IMG/VR virus record: IMGVR_UViG_3300031576_000007
Span: 32,001 to 96,000 of that record
DNA length: 64,000 nt
Strand: one strand, 5' to 3'
From: a virus
A model generated the notes under the pieces. That model was not told where the DNA came from. It saw nothing but the letters and a program-made list of their open reading frames with translations, and ran no database searches. Positions 46,721 to 55,767 of the stretch are shown here, piece after piece. A program made the translations under genes and the position numbers. The stretch's first letter is position 1. Each line of letters starts with the position of its first letter.

Positions 46721-47727
46721 TATTCTATTTTTCCTTTTATTGACAATTGAGGAGCACCAGCAAATCCCGCTGGAGATGGTGGTGATGAACCAGACCCAGA
46801 AGGAGACCCAGTTTGTGTGGTTGGGTCGCTCCCTGGACTATAAGAATGTGTATGGGAATTAAAATCTCCAATAAGAGTATTAACTGCTGATATTAAAGCA
46901 TTTAATGTTAACACTATCTGAGTATTGTTATAAGTTACCCATTGGTTGCCTAATATAATAGGCTCAATTGCATTTTTACCTATTTTAATAGTAGGTGATT
47001 CTGTTTCAATTTTATTTCCAGAAAAATCTAAATCTATATATTTACTGTTTCCAGAATCACGAAGCCTAATTTTGTTAGATGACTTTAGTACTTCTAGTGT
47101 TCTATTGTCAGAATCTTTTACAATAATTTGTTGTCCAGAAGCGTCTAAATCATCTATAAGTTGTAATGATTGCCCACCGAATGTGATTAATTCTATTCTA
47201 TTCTTTTGAGAGCCTTCTGTTAGCTCTTCTAACATTCTTAAAACATGACCACCAGAAGTAGAGAATCTTAGTCCTTTGCTCTCTTTTGTGTGAGTGATTG
47301 TACCATCGGACGAGGCGATAGCTATTCCATCGTCAAGTTCAATCAAATGCCCATTATTAATAATTGAGGGGGAACCATCCGCACTCAAATCACCTGGAGA
47401 TGCCCAACCTCTATTGGTTGGCACACTGCGTCTAAATTCCTCTCGTGTATCAGGGTTATTTGGATCACCATCATTTATTGTAGCCCATGCAATTAGGAAA
47501 TCAGGGTCTCCACCATCTTGAGTTATATATACAACGGAACCAACATCAGGAGGACTAAAGAAACCATCATCAGGATAAACGTAATGAATAAAAGAACTTT
47601 CACCAAAAATAGGACTTTTTATCCTTATCCTACCTTTATTGGAAGGATCTTTATTATCTATAACTATGGCTTTGGAGGGTCCTAAGTAAACACTTTCCCC
47701 CTTCCAGTCTCTTACCCGCACGCTCAT
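46720..47727 (-). CDS. Baseplate central spike (gp5/gpV/VgrG-like)
   Basis: DNKDP..KGRIRI, FFSPPDVGSVV...GGDP OB-fold; GHLIELDD; HTH tip motif. Confidence 0.85.
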   Translation of the reverse strand: MSVRVRDWKGESVYLGPSKAIVIDNKDPSNKGRIRIKSPIFGESSFIHYVYPDDGFFSPPDVGSVVYITQDGGDPDFLIAWATINDGDPNNPDTREEFRRSVPTNRGWASPGDLSADGSPSIINNGHLIELDDGIAIASSDGTITHTKESKGLRFSTSGGHVLRMLEELTEGSQKNRIELITFGGQSLQLIDDLDASGQQIIVKDSDNRTLEVLKSSNKIRLRDSGNSKYIDLDFSGNKIETESPTIKIGKNAIEPIILGNQWVTYNNTQIVLTLNALISAVNTLIGDFNSHTHSYSPGSDPTTQTGSPSGSGSSPPSPAGFAGAPQLSIKGKIE

Positions 47728-49403
47728 TATTCCTCCACAGGAACTTTTTCTAAGTTTGCAAGACTTAGGAAGTCCTCGCCTCTAAAACGGAGTCGTCGCT
47801 TTTCAGCTAAATTATTTCTTACAGAAGGACCATCTGCGCTTGTCCCGCCTGTTGCTACACTATTAGATTCCCCAACACAAGTACAAATATAACCATCATC
47901 AGCACTAATCTTATGAACTACAGACAATAAATAATATAATCCACTATATCTAATACCTATGTTATCCATTTCAATTACTCCAGGGGATAGCTGCGGTATT
48001 CCTATAGTACTAAATTCTAAACGTAAGCTCTTGTCCATTCTCCCAGCAATTCTGTCTGCCTCAGCTATGTGCTGTTCAGGAGAACAGGAGGCATTATACG
48101 TTGACACTCCGATTGAGTTAGCCGCCTGCTGCTGTTTAGGATCAACTACTTTGGGGGATAACGATGTATTTGGCTTAGGAATATTTAAAAATTTAAGTTG
48201 CTCACTATGCCTTTGACCAAACTGAATTGAGGTATTTGTTACATGCCCAACCATCTTTTTACTCTCAGAACAAATACCAGAAGACGTAGCCCCCTCACCA
48301 CCTGCCGGGTATAGTTGTAAATTGTAGTTAAGTACTGTATGATAAGATATAGAACTTTCCTGATCACTGTTTATTCCTTTCGACCCACCCTTCCAGATGA
48401 ACCTAAATTTATTAGTGCCTTCGAACTTTCTTCTGGACACTAGATTTAAAACAATTACAATTTTTCCATTAACAACCTCTGAAGAAACAAAATAGTGAGC
48501 ATGAATCTTTTCTGCTAGTTCTCTTAAAAAACCATGAAGATTTGTGCCTTTAGCCCATGTTCTAGAACTAGTTTCATCTTGTATATCTAACTTTAGTTCT
48601 TCTTTAGTTAAGTCTATATTTGGCCTAGAATTTAAAATTATACCGCCTAAAGTTATAGCTCTCACTATATCATCAATTCTTGCAGGCGCTGTATCAGATC
48701 TTTTAGAAGTATCTTTTAACCCATATGAACCTAACAATCCTTTTATTATTTTTCTAGTGAATGACTGCCCCTCTACTGGGTAAAGCTTGGACATCTCCCC
48801 ACTTCCAAAATCAACAGCTTGAACTTCAGTTGTTGGTATATCACTCTCTGAAGCCTTATGAGTTATCTGTAGGATTTCTCCTCTCACAGTTCTAGGTTGA
48901 AGGTTACTATTAGAGCTTCCTGTTCTATACCCCCATGTAACTTGTATAGTATTCCTCTCCTGCAACAAGAACGTATGAGCATTATCTGACTGTTTCTTCT
49001 TTAAATCTTTGACTCTTTCTTGCAGAGATTTCTTTAAACTTCTCTCTTTTAGAGGATCTAAAGAATCTTTTCCTTGTTCAAACTCTGCTTGTTCAAGAGC
49101 TTTTTGTTCTTGTAAACTAGATTGTACAGTTCTAGGTTCTAGAAATTTTACCAATCCTGGTCCTGCTTTATCTAAAACCAGATCTAAAACTGAACCAGAC
49201 TTATTTAGATCTTCGTAAAAAACTAGTTTTATAGTACTAGCGGAGTTATTACCACCATCTCTTACTTCACTATATTCAAATTGATCTATAAGTGCGTGTA
49301 TTTCTGGTGTTAGTAAAATTAAATCTTTTTCTTGTGCTCCTGGAGGTCCTATACGAACTTCGAAGAAAGGGTCTCTCATAAGAGACAGATCTACATAAGC
49401 CAT
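47727..49403 (-). CDS. Baseplate hub (late control D / gp27-like)
   Basis: IQVTWGY, FLRELAEK, IGIPQLSPG...IGIRYSGLYYL.SVVHKI...GY. Confidence 0.8.
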   Translation of the reverse strand: MAYVDLSLMRDPFFEVRIGPPGAQEKDLILLTPEIHALIDQFEYSEVRDGGNNSASTIKLVFYEDLNKSGSVLDLVLDKAGPGLVKFLEPRTVQSSLQEQKALEQAEFEQGKDSLDPLKERSLKKSLQERVKDLKKKQSDNAHTFLLQERNTIQVTWGYRTGSSNSNLQPRTVRGEILQITHKASESDIPTTEVQAVDFGSGEMSKLYPVEGQSFTRKIIKGLLGSYGLKDTSKRSDTAPARIDDIVRAITLGGIILNSRPNIDLTKEELKLDIQDETSSRTWAKGTNLHGFLRELAEKIHAHYFVSSEVVNGKIVIVLNLVSRRKFEGTNKFRFIWKGGSKGINSDQESSISYHTVLNYNLQLYPAGGEGATSSGICSESKKMVGHVTNTSIQFGQRHSEQLKFLNIPKPNTSLSPKVVDPKQQQAANSIGVSTYNASCSPEQHIAEADRIAGRMDKSLRLEFSTIGIPQLSPGVIEMDNIGIRYSGLYYLLSVVHKISADDGYICTCVGESNSVATGGTSADGPSVRNNLAEKRRLRFRGEDFLSLANLEKVPVEE

Positions 49404-49404
49404 A

Positions 49405-49728
49405 TTATGCCTCGGAGTTTAGTCTATCAATAGCTTCTAAAACCACACTTAAAGGCGGGATTCTTAACTGCTGCCCCACTCTTAAATCAAATAATGGTTG
49501 TCTAACATTATTAATATCCATTATAGCCCAGAATAGTTCTGGTCTTCCATACGACTCAAATGAAATTAAGTCTGGACGTTTTATATGTTTACCCTCTATA
49601 GATAGGAATAAGTCCTGCCCCGATTCAGGAATACTCAATCTATTCCTTAGCAAAAGAAAAGGGCTCTTATCAGAGCTTAAAGTAAAAATACCATTTGTGT
49701 ATCTTGAACCAGGTTTAAAATTTGCCAT
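49405..49728 (-). CDS. LysM-like baseplate protein (gp53/gpX)
   Basis: SRY...RPDLISFESYG...FWAIMDIN...GQQLRIP. Confidence 0.85.
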   Translation of the reverse strand: MANFKPGSRYTNGIFTLSSDKSPFLLLRNRLSIPESGQDLFLSIEGKHIKRPDLISFESYGRPELFWAIMDINNVRQPLFDLRVGQQLRIPPLSVVLEAIDRLNSEA

Positions 49729-50453
49729 TAGTAGTTAAACATAACATCTATGTCTGAGGTTAAGGACTTATTTATTATTTCGCTCATGGTAAATGTAACC
49801 ACCGCCTCAATAGGAGTAAGATCAGGTAACCATCTTGTAAAATCAATTTCTACTTTATCTACAACAAAAATTGAATCTCTTATAGGACTTGCGGAGCCAA
49901 AGGTTGTTCCTACACTTAGCTTAACTAAATAGGGGGGTGAAACAGCCCCATTCGAATCAAATGCCGTGGGGTAAACCAAACTTTTATAGAATGCAATTTT
50001 CTCAGAAATACTTAATATTAAAGGCCCACTAGAGGGATTTCTATTCTGTGCTTCCAAAGATCCTGATGTTCCTAGATCTGGAATATTAAATACTTGAGAA
50101 GCTACAGCACCAATTCGTTTTACAAAACTAATCTTATTTTTTGGTGTACTTTTTCCTGTATCAGGAGAGCTTCCTTGAACGTGCCCCTCTGATCTGTCAT
50201 TTGTGATTAGGGCCTTAAATACTACCGTTCTGGCTTCACCAGCCACCCATTGTTGATGAGGATCACTAAGTCCTGGTACTCTCTTTTTAACCCATCCTGA
50301 TGATTTCACATCTTGTATCCCATCAGGGTTCAAAAAGAACTCTCCTCTTGATCCAGTAGGTATTATTTCTATAGATTTGCCCTCGTCAACAACTCTAATT
50401 AATTGTATTTTAGCTTTTATATATTTCGAGTGGGAAGTAAATTTAAATGCCAT
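49728..50453 (-). CDS. Tail tube initiator (CIS tube / gp48-54-like)
   Basis: FLNPDGI...VPGLSDP..QWVAGEART...PPYLV...PIEAVVTFTMSE. Confidence 0.75.
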   Translation of the reverse strand: MAFKFTSHSKYIKAKIQLIRVVDEGKSIEIIPTGSRGEFFLNPDGIQDVKSSGWVKKRVPGLSDPHQQWVAGEARTVVFKALITNDRSEGHVQGSSPDTGKSTPKNKISFVKRIGAVASQVFNIPDLGTSGSLEAQNRNPSSGPLILSISEKIAFYKSLVYPTAFDSNGAVSPPYLVKLSVGTTFGSASPIRDSIFVVDKVEIDFTRWLPDLTPIEAVVTFTMSEIINKSLTSDIDVMFNY

Positions 50454-50462
50454 AATAACTAC

Positions 50463-52457
50463 TTAGAAGATTTGATCAGCTGAATTCATTTTACCAGATC
50501 TCATTTTTGCATCTTTAATAGCTCGCTCAATCTTACCTAGAAGGAACACAACCTCTTTACCAGTTAGAGTTTGATCTCTGGTAATCTGTCTTATGGAGTC
50601 TTCATCGACCTTACCACCAACGGATTTAAGGCTGGATACTTGATTCATGAGTTCTTGTCTTCGGTTCTTAGCCTCAGAGTCACCTATATCTAAGGCATTA
50701 AGTTGATTTGCTATTTGACCACCACTCATCATTTTATCTGCTTGAAAACCATTAGAAGTAGGAGCAACCATATCAGCAAGATACTCAGAAGGCGCTTTCC
50801 CCAGAATCTCCTTCCATGAACTATCTATATAAGAACCTAATTTGTAACCTCCAAAAGCAGCCCCGGCTAATAAACCACCTTTGGCTAGGGCTCCAAATCC
50901 TAATACTTTTCCTAAAACTCCTGATAACTTTCCTATTCCTCCGGTAACATCCATTACATAAAGGGGCTTAGAAAAATCATGTCCTCTTCGACCAAAAGCT
51001 CCTTCTCCACCAAACGCCCCCCCGATTCCTGGTATCTTTTGAAGAAGTCCTCCTATAACAGGTATTCTACCTATTACAGATCCTATAGTTTTTAGACCGG
51101 CACCTGCCCCCAAAACAACTGCTAAAACACCAGCAATTTTTCCTATACCTTTTACTAGTGATTCCGTTGTTTCCGAAAACTGCCGAGTTTTACTATCCCA
51201 TAATCCAATCTTAGATAAAACCTTTGTAATCCAGTCTACCGTATTTTTTACACCTTCAGTAAAGCCATTTATTGCTACTCTTGCTAAAACAAATGCTTTA
51301 GCTATAAATAGTATTCTATTTTGTGTAGCCTCTGGCATCTGGGAAAGTCTATCTGTAACGTCTTTAGAAAAAGTTGATATACCGTCTTTATATGTAGAAA
51401 ATGCCTGGAAATAAAACTTTAGTTCAGCCCCTACATCTGCAAGAAATTCTAACCAAGATCTATTCTCTCCTTTTGCAGCCTTCAATCCTATTGTAAAAAG
51501 AGTTAAAACTCCGGTTATAGCCCCAAAGGTTACTCCTAATGTAGAAGCTATAAGAGCTAATAAAGACAAACCTCCTACGAGAGCAACAGAGCCCGCCAAC
51601 GTGCTACCACCTACTTGTAAAAAGTCAACCAGCCCAAGTCTTAATCTTCCAAATTTATCTTTTGAATCATCGAGGGCATCATTTAATCTATCGAAAGCTT
51701 TAAAATTAAGTAAGGAGATTTTAGCTAAAAGAGGATTAATGGCACGAGAAATAAAAGCCCCGCTTACTTTACGAAGATCATCAAAGCCTGCTTTAGTCAT
51801 CATGAAAAGTGTAAGAGTATCATTGGTATTAACAGCAAACTGTCCTAAAGCCTTAGTTAACTCTTCTATACCGATTCGTCTGAAATTAGCTGCTGATAAT
51901 TTTGCTGAGTTTAGGCCTTTCGTCAATCTATTTATAATCACGTTCATGTTTTTGAACTGATTATTTGTGTTCAGGGCAACAAAGAAGTTTTGTAGACCGC
52001 TAACTGATAAGTCGTTAAAAGCCTTTGACATCTTCTTTGCAGCTTCTGAGGTCGTGGTACCCATTATTTTGGCAGCACCTACTGATAATGTGAATATCTT
52101 CTGAGTTTCAAATTTTTTCATTCCCCTAGCGTGATTTTGCAGAGAAATCTGCATCATTGAGGTTGCATCCATTGTAAATTTAGATGCGTTGCGTAGGGTT
52201 TTTAGGTAGGAACTCCCAAAAGTTTGATTAAACTGAGTTCTTAAGAAATCAAATTCTGCTCCAACTCCGGCTAAATCAAAAGCTCGTCTAAAACCTTGTG
52301 AAAAAGTGGCGTACACAGCACTAGCGGTAAATAAGCGTCTATTGAACTTCACCAATTCATCTCTGAAGTCATGAAGATCTCTTCGTGCCTCTCTTATGGG
52401 AGCAGAAGCCTTGTTACGAACACTAATTAAAATATTAATGTTATTTGGACTTGGCAC
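50463..52457 (-). CDS. Tape measure protein
   Basis: A/G/L-rich helical 664 aa protein between tail chaperone and baseplate genes; PLYVMD motif. Confidence 0.85.
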   Translation of the reverse strand: MPSPNNINILISVRNKASAPIREARRDLHDFRDELVKFNRRLFTASAVYATFSQGFRRAFDLAGVGAEFDFLRTQFNQTFGSSYLKTLRNASKFTMDATSMMQISLQNHARGMKKFETQKIFTLSVGAAKIMGTTTSEAAKKMSKAFNDLSVSGLQNFFVALNTNNQFKNMNVIINRLTKGLNSAKLSAANFRRIGIEELTKALGQFAVNTNDTLTLFMMTKAGFDDLRKVSGAFISRAINPLLAKISLLNFKAFDRLNDALDDSKDKFGRLRLGLVDFLQVGGSTLAGSVALVGGLSLLALIASTLGVTFGAITGVLTLFTIGLKAAKGENRSWLEFLADVGAELKFYFQAFSTYKDGISTFSKDVTDRLSQMPEATQNRILFIAKAFVLARVAINGFTEGVKNTVDWITKVLSKIGLWDSKTRQFSETTESLVKGIGKIAGVLAVVLGAGAGLKTIGSVIGRIPVIGGLLQKIPGIGGAFGGEGAFGRRGHDFSKPLYVMDVTGGIGKLSGVLGKVLGFGALAKGGLLAGAAFGGYKLGSYIDSSWKEILGKAPSEYLADMVAPTSNGFQADKMMSGGQIANQLNALDIGDSEAKNRRQELMNQVSSLKSVGGKVDEDSIRQITRDQTLTGKEVVFLLGKIERAIKDAKMRSGKMNSADQIF

Positions 52458-52653
52458 GTCTTTCGACCTCTTTCATAGCCTGTTTATGGTCTTCTACTAG
52501 CTGCTTACGAAAACTCCACCCTAAGTAATCTACCTGATCTGGACCCCATCTGAAAGCTTGCCCAAGGTAGGCATAATCATTCAAAAGATCAGACTTATGA
52601 TCAATATACTCAGTAGGAATTATGTTAAAGGGGTCCGAGACTGGACGAAAAAA
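52441..52653 (-). CDS. -1 frame extension of tail assembly chaperone (GT-like product)
   Basis: Slippery T TTT TTC at 52653-52647; -1 frame open: FRPVSDPF...LLNDYAYLGQAFRWGPDQVDYLGWSFRKQLVE...KSK*. Confidence 0.8.
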   Translation of the reverse strand, partial: FFRPVSDPFNIIPTEYIDHKSDLLNDYAYLGQAFRWGPDQVDYLGWSFRKQLVEDHKQAMKEVERRAKSK

Positions 52654-53360
52654 CTTGGGTCCATAACTGGAAGAGGAGTATCAAACTCCTTACTACATTC
52701 GTCACAATCATTTGTGAGCATAGTATCAACTGATCCCCTAAGCTCTGAGAAAGCATTCTCTATAGCTGAAAGATCTGATACAGGAAGATCTAGGAGATCT
52801 TCCTCTTTTACCTGCTCATTGTCCCCTAATCTTTTTAAAGATAAGTATAAAGTACCTGTATAAAGTTTTCTAGGATTCTCCTTTAGAGCTTTATACAAAC
52901 TATATAAATCTTTAAGATACAGGAGCTTTATCTCAGCCTCTATACCACTTTTTTGTAACTGTATAACTTTTGTCCTTACGGACTTATTACTCAGCTTAGT
53001 AATCTCAATCTTATCCAAGTCAACTTTTTTAGTTTGTTGTTTAGAGCAATGAGGGCATCGTACAGGAATAGCATAAGCTGGCCCATACGTAGCTTCTCTA
53101 ATTTTTAAAAGTATGCATTCGACATCTTCAGATGCTAACAGATTAATAGCCTCTGATTGAGGTAATATTAGTGGTTTTCCCTCTTTTGTCTGAAAATTAG
53201 AAGTTAGCTCTTCAAGAAGTCTGGGGACATGCCCTAGGCTATCTGTTACTAATTCCATATCAATTAGATAATTTTGCTGTCTTCCTGTAAGTTCTTTAAC
53301 TTGGACATGATCATAAATATCATTGTCCTTTAAAATACCGCATGGTAATTCAACAAGCAT
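52620..53360 (-). CDS. Tail assembly chaperone / T4 gp26-like with Zn ribbons
   Basis: True start ATG 53360 (RBS GGAGG); VELPCG, IREATYG, CPHC, CDEC, SFF. Confidence 0.8.
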   Translation of the reverse strand: MLVELPCGILKDNDIYDHVQVKELTGRQQNYLIDMELVTDSLGHVPRLLEELTSNFQTKEGKPLILPQSEAINLLASEDVECILLKIREATYGPAYAIPVRCPHCSKQQTKKVDLDKIEITKLSNKSVRTKVIQLQKSGIEAEIKLLYLKDLYSLYKALKENPRKLYTGTLYLSLKRLGDNEQVKEEDLLDLPVSDLSAIENAFSELRGSVDTMLTNDCDECSKEFDTPLPVMDPSFFVQSRTPLT

Positions 53361-53391
53361 GATTCCTCCATAACTTGTATATATTTTTTTA

Positions 53392-53946
53392 TTAGAAGAT
53401 ACCTCTAGTAAATCTTCTAAAGAAATCCCCAACATCTTCTGGGCTATTCTCTCTTGACTCTTCAAATCCTTCATATTCGAAAGTAAGCGTTTCAACACTT
53501 ATTTCTGATTCATCAAGAGCGCTAAAATCCGAGGAGGGTTTATAATGAGATGGAGCACAATTAAACAGTACGTACCGCTTAACAACTGTCGAATCTCTGT
53601 CCAAATGTTCAATAACTATATTATTACGATATTGTGGAGCTAAAGCTGAACCAGGCTCCTGATTTGTAACCGCGTATAAATCACTCATCCATCTAGCAAA
53701 ATCATCAGATCCCTGCCTAGCTATAACCCCGCGATTAAGAGTTATTGGAGCGAAAGTAGCACTATCATGGATCTTACGAGGAGCCATGTGTCTACCACCT
53801 TCTATATATGTCTTATAAGCAACAGTAACATCAGGAGTTGTACAAGATGTGAACCCAGCCCTGGCCCAAACTGCGCCAGCTGGGGACATAACATACACTT
53901 TCCAACGAAACTTGTCTAATGGATCAAAACTTCCACTTCTTGGCAT
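53392..53946 (-). CDS. Tail tube protein paralog 3 (gp19-like)
   Basis: DPLDKFRW, AGFTSC, ITLNRG, YRNNIVI, ETLTFEYEGF. Confidence 0.85.
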   Translation of the reverse strand: MPRSGSFDPLDKFRWKVYVMSPAGAVWARAGFTSCTTPDVTVAYKTYIEGGRHMAPRKIHDSATFAPITLNRGVIARQGSDDFARWMSDLYAVTNQEPGSALAPQYRNNIVIEHLDRDSTVVKRYVLFNCAPSHYKPSSDFSALDESEISVETLTFEYEGFEESRENSPEDVGDFFRRFTRGIF

Positions 53947-54548
53947 TATAAGCCTCCAAGTAGACTATTAAAAGTCCCGCTAATTAAAGCTTCAAGAGTC
54001 AGTTCTTCAAATGATTCATATTTCAACTCAATTTCTTCTATTAGTTTCGAAGAATCTTCAGAGGCTGACATATCATCTCCTGGTTTATAAGAAGACACCC
54101 ATGCGTCACGTAATAACCATCCTTTTTTAGGACTTCCAGATCTATCATATGCTACTATCAAAATATCTCTTCTAAAATTTAAACTATCAGATGGTGGGGC
54201 CTCATTAGGATCTCCACGCAATCTTTGAATAGCCGTAGCTATAACTTGATTAGGATCATGAACTTGGTTCGCCCATCTAAAAAAATCTGAGTTTTCTGTT
54301 ACTCCTCTCTTAAGAGTAACTGCATCATACTTGGTTATGCCTGGTATTAGTATTGGATGAGCGGAGTCTATGTTTTCTCTATATTCAATAGCCCCTGTAC
54401 TCTGTCTAGGTATAGAAACTTCTGAGAACCCGCCTCTTAAAAATCCTATAAAATTTGTAGCAAAAGATACAGGATCTAATGCTATATTTAAAATATATAC
54501 ATTAAATCTAAACTTTTCAATTGCGTCAACAGATGCGGTTCTAGCCAT
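53946..54548 (-). CDS. Tail tube protein paralog 2 (gp19-like)
   Basis: DAIEKFRF, GGFSEV, IEYRE, PGITKYDAVTLKRG, AWVSSY. Confidence 0.88.
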   Translation of the reverse strand: MARTASVDAIEKFRFNVYILNIALDPVSFATNFIGFLRGGFSEVSIPRQSTGAIEYRENIDSAHPILIPGITKYDAVTLKRGVTENSDFFRWANQVHDPNQVIATAIQRLRGDPNEAPPSDSLNFRRDILIVAYDRSGSPKKGWLLRDAWVSSYKPGDDMSASEDSSKLIEEIELKYESFEELTLEALISGTFNSLLGGL

Positions 54549-54979
54549 TACCCCAACTTTTTTCTTTGCAGGATCTTATATTGTCTTGAATCTGACTTTT
54601 CTGCTAAATCTCCTATCATATTCTTTAAACCAATGGTGGCAACGCTATCCAATTCCTGTAAAGAAGTATAAAACTCCTTTTCTAGGATTAAAGCACCCGC
54701 CAACATGGAGATTGTAGATATTTTCTCTATTTTAAACCTTTGAAGTTCTTCCGCTACTAGCATATTAATTTTTTGAGTCTCAAATGCTTCATTCCCTAAT
54801 GTAGCGATTAGATATTCTGAAAGACGATCATAATGATCTGACATCTCCTCATAAAACCCGCCGAATAGAGAGTGGTCTCCAACGAATGTTTCCCCATACG
54901 TTAATAAGTGGCAGTAATGATAGAATAAGTGCAAAACCCGGCTATAAATTATTGCTTTTAGTAAAGGTATTTTGCTCAT
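54548..54979 (-). CDS. Dps/ferritin-like protein
   Basis: HLLTYGETFVGDHSLFGGFYEEMSDHYDRLSE matches the Dps ferroxidase signature H..V.G..F...H......Y......D..AE. Confidence 0.7.
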   Translation of the reverse strand: MSKIPLLKAIIYSRVLHLFYHYCHLLTYGETFVGDHSLFGGFYEEMSDHYDRLSEYLIATLGNEAFETQKINMLVAEELQRFKIEKISTISMLAGALILEKEFYTSLQELDSVATIGLKNMIGDLAEKSDSRQYKILQRKKLG

Positions 54980-54996
54980 GTTTCAGCCTTTACGTA

Positions 54997-55146
54997 TTAC
55001 TTCTTTTTAGAAGATTTCTTTTTTTCTGGGAGTTTCTTTCCTTTTGAAGCTTTATCAAACTCTTTTACAGTGGATTTTGTAATTCCTTTTTTCTTTGCCA
55101 TCTTCGTGTGAAAGAACTTCCTTTGTGCGTTACTTGTATAAGGCAT
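54997..55146 (-). CDS. Small basic protein (49 aa, below ORF-track cutoff)
   Basis: RBS AGGAGG; MPYTSNAQRKFFHTKMAKKKGITKSTVKEFDKASKGKKLPEKKKSSKKK. Confidence 0.75.
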   Translation of the reverse strand: MPYTSNAQRKFFHTKMAKKKGITKSTVKEFDKASKGKKLPEKKKSSKKK

Positions 55147-55164
55147 TGCTATCCTCCTAAAATG

Positions 55165-55193
55165 TAGGGAAGAGGCTTTAAGCCTCTTCCCTA
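55165..55193 (-). terminator. Strong hairpin after major tail tube gene (intrinsic terminator or mRNA stabiliser)
   Basis: TAGGGAAGAGGCTT-T-AAGCCTCTTCCCTA perfect inverted repeat, followed by CATTTT on the - strand. Confidence 0.75.
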
Positions 55194-55204
55194 TACTATA
55201 TTAA

Positions 55205-55756
55205 TTATTCCTGATTTTCACCAGCTAATGGTGCGGTAATCTCTACTCCAGAGATTTCCTCAAATGTCTCATATGCTAATGTGACTTGCTCTATTGATTT
55301 CTCACTGTCTTCATTTGCATTGAGGTCTGACCCAGGCTGGAATGCAGCAACCCAAGCGTTTCTGAGAACCCACTGTTTAGCAGGTACCCCGCTTCTGCGA
55401 AATAACGTAATAGTCACTTCTTTCCGATAATCATCAGTGTTTCCAAGAGGAACCTGATTCTGCCCTTGTCCTGCTTGAGGAAGGCCATTAGGGAGTTTCT
55501 CAGGATCAAATACTAACCTTAACCACTCGTAGAGATCTTGATTAGTTGTTGACCCGCGAGATAGAACTACATCTTCTGTTCTAGCCAACCCTGGAAAGAG
55601 TTGGACGTTATCTGGTGCATTTCCTTCCCTGTATTCACCTTTTGTAACTGTATACTTAGGGACTGAAACTTCACTGAACCCCGCTCTACCAAGCCCCGAA
55701 AAGGAGACAGTAAAACGAAATTTCTCAATAGCGTCTACACTACCTGTTCTTGCCAT
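55205..55756 (-). CDS. Major tail tube protein (gp19-like)
   Basis: DAIEKFRF, AGFSEV, EYREG, YRKEVTI, W.LRNAW; directly after sheath; RBS GGAGGT. Confidence 0.9.
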   Translation of the reverse strand: MARTGSVDAIEKFRFTVSFSGLGRAGFSEVSVPKYTVTKGEYREGNAPDNVQLFPGLARTEDVVLSRGSTTNQDLYEWLRLVFDPEKLPNGLPQAGQGQNQVPLGNTDDYRKEVTITLFRRSGVPAKQWVLRNAWVAAFQPGSDLNANEDSEKSIEQVTLAYETFEEISGVEITAPLAGENQE

Positions 55757-55767
55757 GATTTACCTCC

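Noticed and set aside
53361-53498. 5' extension of ORF 52620-53498
   Set aside because: Overlaps the tube gene; ATG 53360 has a clear GGAGG RBS
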